A DNA stretch of 64,000 bases from contig CAWJCS010000004.1 of the NCBI GenBank assembly GCA_963841435.1, positions 224,001 through 288,000 of the forward strand, written 5' to 3'. Source of the stretch: an uncultured delta proteobacterium. GTDB taxonomy: Bacteria > Myxococcota_A > Polyangia > Polyangiales > Polyangiaceae. Below are positions 58,401 to 64,000 of this stretch, piece after piece; the stretch's first letter is position 1; the number at the start of each line of letters is the position of its first letter. The position numbers and the translations under genes are program-made. The notes under the pieces were generated by a model. That model saw only the letters and a list, made by a program, of their open reading frames with translations, was not told the DNA's origin and ran no database searches.

Positions 58401-60738
58401 CACTCATTTCCGGGATCCGGCGCGGGCTCTGGGTTCGCTGCGCTCGGCCCTCGAGCGCGTCCCCGGCCACCCGGCGGCCGTCGAGGCCCTCGAGAAACTC
58501 GCCGATCATCGCGACCTCTTCGACGAGGCCGCCGACGTGCTCGAGGGCGTGTACCGCGCCGCGGGCAACACGGCGAGCCTGGCGCGCCTCTACGAGAAGC
58601 ACGTCGAGTTCGCCGACAGCGTGGAGGCTCGCGCCGACATGCGCCGCCGGCTCGCTGACGTCCTCGAGCACGAAGGGAAGGATCCGGCGGGCGGCCTCAA
58701 GGTGCTCGAAGAGGGGATCGTCGAGGCACCGGCTGACAGCGCGCTACTCGAAGAGATCGAGCGTCTGGCGCGCGTCACGGGTGGCTGGGCGGGCGCGGCC
58801 GCGGCTCTGAGCGAGGCCATCGACCGCCACAAGGACGGCATTTTGCCCGATCTGGCGTGCATGCTCTCGCTGCGCCGCGCCGGCTGGCTCAAAGATCACG
58901 CGGGCGACAGCGCCGGCGCCGAGGCGGCGCTGCTCCGGGGGCTCGAGTTCGACCCCGTCAACGACGAGCTCCTGCAGGCGCTCGAGGACCTGCAGCGCGC
59001 CTCGGGCCGCTCGCGTGAGCTCGCCGAAACGCTCCGGCGCCGCGCGAAGCTCCAGTCGGACGAGCTTAGCCGCGCCGAGCTCTACCAGCAGGCGAAGACG
59101 CTCGCCGACGAGCTCGGCGACGCGGAGCTCGCGGAGTCGCTCTTGCGCGAGCTCATCTCGCAGGACGACACCAATCGCTGGGCGCTCGCCGAGCTCGCCA
59201 CGCTACGGGAACGCGCGGGCGACTTCGCGCAGGCTTTCGAGCTGATCGTGCGTCGTTCGGAGGTCGAGAGCGACGGCGTGACGGTGCGCGAGCTCCGACA
59301 GCGCGCAGCGGAGCTCGCGCGGGACCAGCTCGGCGACACCACCCGGGCCATCGAGCTCTACGAGGAGCTCTTCGAGGACGACCCGACCAACATCGATGCC
59401 GCGGCGGCTCTCCGAGCTCTGTTTTCGAAAGCGGGCCTCTACCGCGAGCTCGGGCGGCTGCTCGAGCGGCTCGTTGACGTCGCCGAGTCGCCCGGCCGTC
59501 GTAGCGAGCTGCGCCTCGAGCTCGCGCGTCTCAACGCCGAGCGCTTCAGCGCGCAGGATGCCGCCATCGACCTCTGCCGCGCTGTGCTCGACGAGGAGCC
59601 GGCGCGCGCCGAGGCCGTCGTGCTTCTGAGCCAGCTGTACGAGCAGACTCAGCGTGACGAAGAGCTGGCCGAGCTGTTGTCGTCGCAGATCGACGCTGCG
59701 AGGGCGCGCGGTGACGCCAACGCGGAGCTCTCGTTCCAGGTGCGTCTCGGCGAGGTCTACGAGTCGCGGCTCGGAGACCGCGCGCGCGCCATCGAGACCT
59801 ACCAGAGCGTGCTCGCACGCGAGCCCGGGCATCGCGGTGCGCTCGAATGCGTCGCGCGCCTCGCCAAGAGCGAGGGTCGGCTCGACGAGGCCGCCGACGC
59901 GCTCGACCGTCTGCTCTCCGCGAGCACGGGTGAGCAGGCCGTGCGGCTCGCCCTGTCGCTCGCCGACGTGCGCGAAGAGCTCGGGGACACCGAGGCGGCG
60001 GCGGCCGCGCTCGAGCGCGGGCTCGCTGCCGACGAGCGCAATCCGGGACTCCGGGAGCGGTTGAGGAAGCTCTACGAGTCGCGAGGCGCCTGGGATCGCC
60101 TGGCCGCGATGCTCTCGCGCGACGCCGAGCTCGAAGAAGCGGTCAACGCCAAGGTGAAGCTCTTGCGGCAGGCCGCTCGCATCCACGCCGAGCACCGTTC
60201 CGACCACCCCGCGGCGGCAGAGCTTCTCGATCGCGCCGCGCAGATCAAGCCCGACGATCGCGAGATCTTGCTCGAGCTCTGCGACGAGTACAACGCATCG
60301 GGTCGCGGTAAGGCTGCGGCACAGGTGCTCGAACGCATCGTCCAGAGTTTCGGCAACAAGCGCACCAAGGAGCTCGGCGAAATCCACCGGCGCCTCGCGA
60401 GCGCGTATCTCTCCGACGGCGACGGGCCGCGCGCCCTCGAAGAGCTCGACCGGGCGTTTCGCATCGAGCCGGGCAACATCGCGGTCCTCGCCGCGCTCGG
60501 CAACGTCGCCATTCAAGTCGGCGACTTCAAGAAGGCACAGCAAATGTATCGCGCCCTCTTGCTGCAGAAGCTCGACGAGAGTGGACCCATCAAGAAGGCG
60601 CTCGTTTTCGTGCGCCTCGGTGACATCCACGACAAGCTCGGGGAGCGGCCGAAGGCGATTCAGATGTACGAGCGCGCCCTGCAGACCGACGCGGCCCTCG
60701 ACGAGGCCAAGACCAAGCTCGCCGCGCTCAAGGGCTAG
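49414..60738 (+). CDS. Giant TPR-repeat protein (about 3770 aa), possibly AgmK/GltI-like
   Basis: Uninterrupted 11.3-kb ORF of TPR-like helical repeats (AL..LDRLY....RW..L); no signal peptide or TM helix. The AgmK/GltI link rests on size and repeat style only. Confidence 0.9.
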   Translation: MDSQTIRTALGRLQSEPDSDDAWAALSDSVRDAGGDLSLDELLRLFERARQRHAARGEWDAVARLLEVAVRVAENQPGETELLREHARVLKNELFDDEGALVPGLRLLELDQGDVEASQAIEELESKRGRSAELAQRYVDEAQGATDDTYKSSMLMHAAEMDVRFGGDGVDLAKAIERLEQAVRLDPSNAKAGRLLELVHRRAGHWAEVARVLERLADRADEVADRVAAGTRLARVQAQHLGDDERAARAYEGVMREAPGHPEAMEFLIGFYSGKERWSDLVGLYERELAAKKAGEAELIGDMLQIAMLYWKKLEHARAAEPWFSRIAKIQPANEALLSFYREYCESLGDDGRLMEVLQTAQRSLKDGAKEKAAIAVELARLAEGQENAQKAIEQYKAVLRSDPDNVEARDKLKGFYKQTQSHNALVELLRQQLERLPQEAYEERLAVLREVASIYREYIRSDTALLSVLNQIVQLDEKLDEHDVEEMREIVQLYDKLGRARDMITYQLKLAEITPDLDEKKRLYRAAGRRWLEQFSNAQNAADAFASLLKLEPSDREARERLDELYRKRRAWPQLFELFEVELADTVGPARGALMLEMAGLASERLNRGDVAVKLYRDVLDGDPSRLDVLDALERHAERAKDWASLADALERRTGALKDDAQRLVVLQKLGTVYAEHLNDPQAATRAWRRVLELSPGHQRALRVLRDASLQAGDYDGLAELYASQNDWEGLAEVLSNAADRAKEPALRVDLSYRAAAVLEDKLGHRERAFRSYERVLTADPSDTRAARALIPLYEKDEKWVRLPALYELLLEHADGIEDKLGYLGRLVEIAGKHLSDRRAAAAYARRAYELAPDSPVALDILEDSSRAAGSWDSFVEAVEGRLRTLSSDASPTAAAAEAAPAGKKKKKRRGGEEGTAEPRPALSGDLRRLLELKLARVLADELARHDDAIAVYRGLLERDPRDAEASGALDRLFRLLDRRDDLRTLFDLRVGTVEGDAERLAILGEWATLEEEVFEDPERAAVLYRRMLEIDPGDEVALTTLSRLLLSLDDAAGAAAVMEQRRDRLSDAARAESQVALAELYIGRLGRPIDALASAEEALATPETAPTAVHLLERLLETPSARPRAAEVLAERYAESGDARREAQVLGILLESTTDVPARLVLEQRLATVYEEKLGSFSDALDVMLRAVRQSPDRLELWERAELLATEAGRPTDLGDAFREVLRSKLEPDLEVELCERASRLHEDRLGDPIGATPYLERMLTLRPGTESAFRRLKDILTAAERWGELEALYERAVGASEDPVRKVEMLAEVALVCEEIIEDTAKAMRHYERILAIDPYHETAVRALDRLYTRGGKERELAALLDRRLETAVGDDSLDLKLRLARLQLALHEPEKAMGHVEDVLSERVNDADARQLAERLLEIGSLKVRAARVLEAVYDSRDEVRDLARVLAARLDADTDATPDETRELLRRIAVLRNDRLRDDEGAFEAFARLCPLDPSDTDSRDQLIAIGERQGSYERVARVLLDTAEKSTSAELRGEILTRVALLYEDRLGQPEQAETVYRRVLELDPNDPRGALPAARSLERLYAAQGASEKLAEMLRVQIRLEESVAVRRDLLGRLGEISETVLGDRQGAIAAWRSRLEDGGDDEQALSALDRLYESTERYRDLVNVLRRRRDLTSDPDRRRGLLSRSAEILWRKLDAGLEAIDEYRTLIDEFGPSTASLEALEALFEAAERWDDLADTYQRHLDIAESDAVRLSLLGKLGDLERLRRGDVPAALEVYRRALAVDPRHAESRAALQSLLEAPDSGVRRDAAQMLRPLYEADGDHERLVNVLDIEVSATDDPVEKLAGLRSAIEVAAGPLGDSNRAFGYAERAVRHAVGHAEVEEWFERLERLAQATGRHADHVTLLCNVVSNLFDGDVQLGVTLKIADLARRELKDKRLAREYYTKALELRADHPHALAALETLYEEDGDAQRLLDVLERRAEVADSDDERKRLLYRRATLLAGELGDKARAIEVYESILDMSLEEEALTALEGLYAAVERWRDLVTLYERQIDAGRGNASDLRVKIAGVAARRQRDTGRAFEELEQALGKDRHHEGAIAELERLLGEATDPEHRGRAAELLEPVYLVRADWKRVRAALEARLDVATDPDDRRELLTRLAHLFEEQEEDYRAALETTAKLLHEDLADEKTLAELERLARVAGAGQRLAELFAAELAQVTGDDPASARLARRTGELFDQLGQADQALSFYRRALAFHGDDKSLFSAIDGILVRERRHEERVALHRDALEQRFDPAERLALLHTVGGLLEKELARPDEAIDTYRSALEVDERDERSLDALTALYRARSRWDDLAELYLTRAEQAESTARGVEFRLALSRLHLEQGQTERAVDQLEEVVRADGRNAEAIAELDKLREDEQQKERVVEILRPLYEAADDWRRLVQLNEDRFALAVDDEKVMVLRETAELWETRGNDNKRARKAYGAALRLEPEDGGVRGHYERLAADTKAWDELAQTYEEILAEHADLASVREYLAVLARVHDQERDDPRRALAAYDRLYTTDESDPVPLDAMERLAILLSDWPTLVNVLTAKTEIVLDDEERASLFRRIGEAKRDLLEDRPGAIEAYTRASELDPTSAFTVDCLIELYEAADNAERLVELYERRVELVGSDDPELSYELLILAAKCHEQRLSDPGRAIDCLVRALGSKPGDAGALAALDRLYRAEEKWPDLLDNLRVQVNIAPGPAERASLYKAIGQVLAEKLSSYEDSLEAFRQALLQAPDDREAVLRVQKLAEEHESLRRAASEILVPVLKSTEKWEELVALYELRLSVETEAAERTHTLWAIAEVLESKLGRVADALSALLRALGERPEAEDLHAEIARLAALSSGWDRYASALAERASSTFEAELARDLYVRLGKVAEVELGDPKRAVESFERAVEQVGDTADLLVALDRLYSGLGDLDKVADILERRAVLEFDPVTQAEIHHRLATIQATHFRDPARALGSLRSALERVPGHPAAVEALEKLADHRDLFDEAADVLEGVYRAAGNTASLARLYEKHVEFADSVEARADMRRRLADVLEHEGKDPAGGLKVLEEGIVEAPADSALLEEIERLARVTGGWAGAAAALSEAIDRHKDGILPDLACMLSLRRAGWLKDHAGDSAGAEAALLRGLEFDPVNDELLQALEDLQRASGRSRELAETLRRRAKLQSDELSRAELYQQAKTLADELGDAELAESLLRELISQDDTNRWALAELATLRERAGDFAQAFELIVRRSEVESDGVTVRELRQRAAELARDQLGDTTRAIELYEELFEDDPTNIDAAAALRALFSKAGLYRELGRLLERLVDVAESPGRRSELRLELARLNAERFSAQDAAIDLCRAVLDEEPARAEAVVLLSQLYEQTQRDEELAELLSSQIDAARARGDANAELSFQVRLGEVYESRLGDRARAIETYQSVLAREPGHRGALECVARLAKSEGRLDEAADALDRLLSASTGEQAVRLALSLADVREELGDTEAAAAALERGLAADERNPGLRERLRKLYESRGAWDRLAAMLSRDAELEEAVNAKVKLLRQAARIHAEHRSDHPAAAELLDRAAQIKPDDREILLELCDEYNASGRGKAAAQVLERIVQSFGNKRTKELGEIHRRLASAYLSDGDGPRALEELDRAFRIEPGNIAVLAALGNVAIQVGDFKKAQQMYRALLLQKLDESGPIKKALVFVRLGDIHDKLGERPKAIQMYERALQTDAALDEAKTKLAALKG

Positions 60739-60753
60739 CGGCGGGCGCGTCGT

Positions 60754-61605
60754 ATGCGCTCGACGCTGCCCTACGACCCGCGTCAGAGCTACGCGCCCAA
60801 ACGCACGCCGCTCGGTCGCCTCGGAGGGTACGTCGTCGATCGCTTCGATCGCACCATGGCGCTCGTCGCGACACTCGGCGCGGCGGCCCTGGCGCTCCGC
60901 ACGCCGGGCGTCGCCTCCGCACGCGTGGTGCGGCGCGTGCTCATCGCGCAGCTTTTCTACACGGGCTTCCAGGCCGTGACCCTCGTGAGCACCGTGGGTC
61001 TCCTGCTCGGGGCAACGATCGTCATCCAGACCGAGCTCATGGTGCCCTCGGCTGATCCGGCGCTCATCGGTAAGGTGCTCGTGGCCGTCGTGCTCCGGGA
61101 GCTCGCGCCGCTCATCACCGCCATCGTCGTGGCCGGCCGCTCGGGGACGGCGATCGCGACCGAGCTCGGCAACATGCAGGTCAATTCGGAGATCCTGGCG
61201 CTGCGCTCGCTCGGCATCGATCCCCCGCGTTTCATCGTCATGCCTCGGCTGGTCGCGACCGCTTTCAGCGTGCTCATCCTCATGGTGTATTTCGCGGCCG
61301 TCGCTTTTTCGGGGACGGTCGCCGTGCGGGCCCTGTTCACGACGACGAGCCTCGAGGCGCTTCACGCGGGCATTGCCGCGGCCATCACTCCGTACGATTT
61401 CGGGCTGTTCTTCGCGAAGGGCGTGGGCCTCGGCAGCATCGTCGGCCTCTTGTCTTGCCACTACGGGCTCGAGGTCAAGGTTTCGCCGACGGAAGTGCCC
61501 CAAATGGCGAGCCGCGCCGTGGTCATGAGCTTGCTTTTTGCCGTCGCCTTCAACACGCTGCTCACGGCCATCTTCTACCTGACGGTGGGTCCTTCGCTGC
61601 GCTAG
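60754..61605 (+). CDS. mlaE: MlaE family ABC permease
   Basis: RELAPLITAIVVAGRSGTAIATELGNM, EILALRSLGIDP, PRLVA, SRAVV. Confidence 0.9.
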   Translation: MRSTLPYDPRQSYAPKRTPLGRLGGYVVDRFDRTMALVATLGAAALALRTPGVASARVVRRVLIAQLFYTGFQAVTLVSTVGLLLGATIVIQTELMVPSADPALIGKVLVAVVLRELAPLITAIVVAGRSGTAIATELGNMQVNSEILALRSLGIDPPRFIVMPRLVATAFSVLILMVYFAAVAFSGTVAVRALFTTTSLEALHAGIAAAITPYDFGLFFAKGVGLGSIVGLLSCHYGLEVKVSPTEVPQMASRAVVMSLLFAVAFNTLLTAIFYLTVGPSLR

Positions 61606-61667
61606 CTCGGGGTGTCCAAGCTCAGATCCGGAAACGCACGGACGGGCGGTCGTACTAGGCTGGCTCG

Positions 61668-62360
61668 GTGCAGGCCGGTCTGGTGCTCGAGAAGGCATCG
61701 TTTCGCTACGGTACGCTCTGGGTGCTGCTCGAGACGACGCTCGCCGTCGCACCGGGCGAAACGCTCATCGTCACGGGCGAAAACGGCGTGGGAAAGTCAA
61801 CGTTGCTCTACCTGCTCGGCGGACTGCTGACGGCGACAACGGGTCGGGTGTTGTTCGAAGGCCACGAACCGAGTCTCTCCCGCCCGAGCGACCTCGTCCG
61901 GCACGGCGTGCGCCGGGGCTTCGTCTTCCAGCGCCAGGCGTTGTTCGCGAACCTTTCCGCGCTAGACAACGTCCTGCTCGCTCTACGCTATCATGCGGAC
62001 GTGCTCGGTCTGGACGACGCGGCCGTGCTGCGCCGCGGGCGCGAAACGCTGCGCGATCTTCGCGTGGCGCAGGCCGATTTGCACGCGCTTCCCGCGCACC
62101 TTTCCCTCGGCGTGCGCCAGAAGGTGAGTCTCGCGCGCGCGCTCGCGATCGACCCGAACTTCGTGTTCCTCGACGACCCCGATCAGGGCCTCGACGAAGG
62201 CACGCGTGAGTTCGTGCTCGACTACTTGACCACGCTCTGCGCCGACAAGCGGCGCACGATCGTGCTGACCACCACCGACCCCGAAGTGGTTCGACGTCTG
62301 AACGTGCGCGTGCTTCGCCTCGACCAGGGGAGACTCGGACCGGAGGAGCGACGCGCATGA
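61668..62360 (+). CDS. ABC ATP-binding protein (MlaF-like, degenerate motifs)
   Basis: Walker A GENGVGKST, Q-loop GFVFQ, signature LSLGV, Walker B FLDDP. Confidence 0.85.
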   Translation: MQAGLVLEKASFRYGTLWVLLETTLAVAPGETLIVTGENGVGKSTLLYLLGGLLTATTGRVLFEGHEPSLSRPSDLVRHGVRRGFVFQRQALFANLSALDNVLLALRYHADVLGLDDAAVLRRGRETLRDLRVAQADLHALPAHLSLGVRQKVSLARALAIDPNFVFLDDPDQGLDEGTREFVLDYLTTLCADKRRTIVLTTTDPEVVRRLNVRVLRLDQGRLGPEERRA

Positions 62361-63157
62361 CCGCTCGCAAGGGTCCGCTCCGCGGCTTTCCGCTCGTCGC
62401 TTTCAACCTCGTCTACTGGCCGTACCTGCTCTCGACCTGCGCGCTCTTGTTCGTGCCGGCGCTCGCGATCTGGCTTTTTTCGTTCTGGCGGCGCCCGCGC
62501 AAGCTGCTTCATGCCTACACGAGCCTCTGGGGCGCCCACTATCTTGCCTGGGCGCCGTTCGCTTCCGTGCGGGTCGAGGGGCGGGAGGCGGCGCTCCGCG
62601 GCGGTCCTTGCGTGTACGTTTCGAATCACCAGTCGATGGTCAACATCCTCGCGGCGTTCGCCGTGCGACTGCCGTACCTCTGGGTCAGCAAGCGCGAGAA
62701 CTTCTTCGTGCCGTTTCTGGGCTGGACCATGTGGCTCAACGGCTACGTGCCGCTTCGGCGCGGGCACCTGCCGAGCATTCGCCGGATGCTCCGGCGCTCC
62801 GAAGCTGCGCTGCGCGAGGGCCAGAGCTTGTTCGTCTTTCCCGAGGGAACGCGCTCGCCCGACGGCTCGATCAGACCCTTTTATCGTGGTGCCTTCTGGA
62901 TAGCGGCGCGTGGCGGCGTGCCGATCGTGCCCATCGTGATCGACGGCACGGGCGACATCCTGCCCAAGCAGAGGCTGCTCATTTCGCCGCAGCCCGTCGT
63001 CGCGCGCATCTTGCCGCCCGTCCATCCGCGGGATTTCGCTTTTGACGACCGCGCGCTGCGCGAGCACGTGCACGCCGTCATGACCCGGGAGCTCTGCTCG
63101 ATCCGTGGCCAGGAGGTCGGGGTCGAGGAGTACGTCACGGAGGGCGCCGGGGGCTGA
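62357..63157 (+). CDS. 1-acyl-sn-glycerol-3-phosphate acyltransferase family protein
   Basis: SNHQS, FPEGTRS, PIVP; the HX4D motif reads HQSMVN. Confidence 0.88.
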   Translation: MTARKGPLRGFPLVAFNLVYWPYLLSTCALLFVPALAIWLFSFWRRPRKLLHAYTSLWGAHYLAWAPFASVRVEGREAALRGGPCVYVSNHQSMVNILAAFAVRLPYLWVSKRENFFVPFLGWTMWLNGYVPLRRGHLPSIRRMLRRSEAALREGQSLFVFPEGTRSPDGSIRPFYRGAFWIAARGGVPIVPIVIDGTGDILPKQRLLISPQPVVARILPPVHPRDFAFDDRALREHVHAVMTRELCSIRGQEVGVEEYVTEGAGG

Positions 63158-63304
63158 ACGGCCGGGGCTTCGCGCCCCTACGAATTTTCGCGCGCCGGTT
63201 TGAACGGAGCGCGGACGCACGGGCACACAGAAGCAAATCGCGGCTGCTGCTGGCGCCGCAACGTGAGGACCCCCGTGCGACATCTCTCGAACGACAGACG
63301 ACAG

Positions 63305-64000
63305 GTGACGTCCGCCCTGCGACCGGCGGGCCGGAAGCGGCCGCTCAGGCCGACGGCAATGGCCATGGTGATCGCGACGGCGCTCGGCGTGGGCATGGTG
63401 CTGACGCCGACACGAGCCCTGGCCGAAGCTGCCGACAGCGCCCAGGTGACGCCGCCTCGGCTCGTGAGCGCGCCCGCCGTGGCGCTGCCGGAGGGCGAGG
63501 CGCCCGTCGAGCCGGTCACCGTGCTCCTCGAGCTTTCGATCGACGAAGAGGGCCACGTGACGGCGGCAACCGTCGCCGAGAGCGGAGGCGCCCCCTACGA
63601 CGCCGAGGCCGTCCGGTCGGCGGGGCAATTCGTGTTCGAGCCAGCCCGGCGCGCGGGCACGCCGCTCGCCGTGACGGTGAGCTATCGCTACGTTTTCCGC
63701 GCCGCACCGGCGCCCGCGGCCCCCGCGCCGCCGCCCGTTGCGGCGGTGGCGGCTCCGGCGGTCGTCGCGACGGCCGAGGCCAAGACACCGGCTCCCACCC
63801 CCAAGGGCGAGAGCGCCGCGAACGCCGAGGACGAGGCTAGCTTCGAAGCCACGGCCGAGATCGAGGCGCCGCCCCGCGAGACCACCAAGCGCACCATCGA
63901 AAAGGAGGAGCTGACGCGCGTGCCTGGCACGCGTGGCGACGCCCTGCGCGCCATCGAAGTGCTGCCCGGGGTCGCACGCACGAGCGTCGGCGACGGCACG
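63305..64000 (+). CDS. TonB-dependent receptor with N-terminal TonB_C-like domain (3'-truncated by the window)
   Basis: Frame open to the window end: signal peptide, IDEEGHV..A.V..S..FEPAR, Pro/Ala linker, plug-like EELTRVPGTRGDALRAIEVLPGVAR. Confidence 0.85.
   Translation, partial: MTSALRPAGRKRPLRPTAMAMVIATALGVGMVLTPTRALAEAADSAQVTPPRLVSAPAVALPEGEAPVEPVTVLLELSIDEEGHVTAATVAESGGAPYDAEAVRSAGQFVFEPARRAGTPLAVTVSYRYVFRAAPAPAAPAPPPVAAVAAPAVVATAEAKTPAPTPKGESAANAEDEASFEATAEIEAPPRETTKRTIEKEELTRVPGTRGDALRAIEVLPGVARTSVGDGT

Noticed and set aside
49657-61752. Many long antisense and alternative-frame ORFs, here and across the window
   Set aside because: Expected shadows of GC-rich coding DNA; Arg/Ala/Pro-rich with no motifs.

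Overview
High-GC (roughly 70+%, estimated by eye) bacterial DNA with myxobacterial hallmarks (Myxococcota, probably Polyangiaceae-like): four Hanks-type Ser/Thr kinase genes, Gly-rich lipoproteins, Cys-rich repeats, an ECF sigma module, a 3.8k-aa TPR protein and a TonB_C-fused receptor. About 55 CDSs and one tRNA-Leu(TAA); no CRISPR, integrase, transposase or rRNA seen. The main candidate for an undescribed system lies at 309-8167. There, an NtrC-type sigma54 activator is divergent from a sensor-less histidine-kinase homolog that keeps its phospho-His but has lost all ATP-binding motifs. The cluster has five -24/-12 promoters and a recurring 15-bp palindrome, in front of YihY, YtxH-like, AsmA-like and EF-hand genes and next to terC. 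Other highlights: twin Fur-like promoters at bfd and feoAB; a bacterioferritin with His130Ser; a tandem pseudokinase-kinase gene followed by tRNA-Leu(TAA); a RegB/RegA + cytochrome c + His/Met-rich barrel module; several apparently leaderless genes; and seven +1 frameshifts that look like sequencing errors. All family assignments come from motif recognition by eye; no database search was run.
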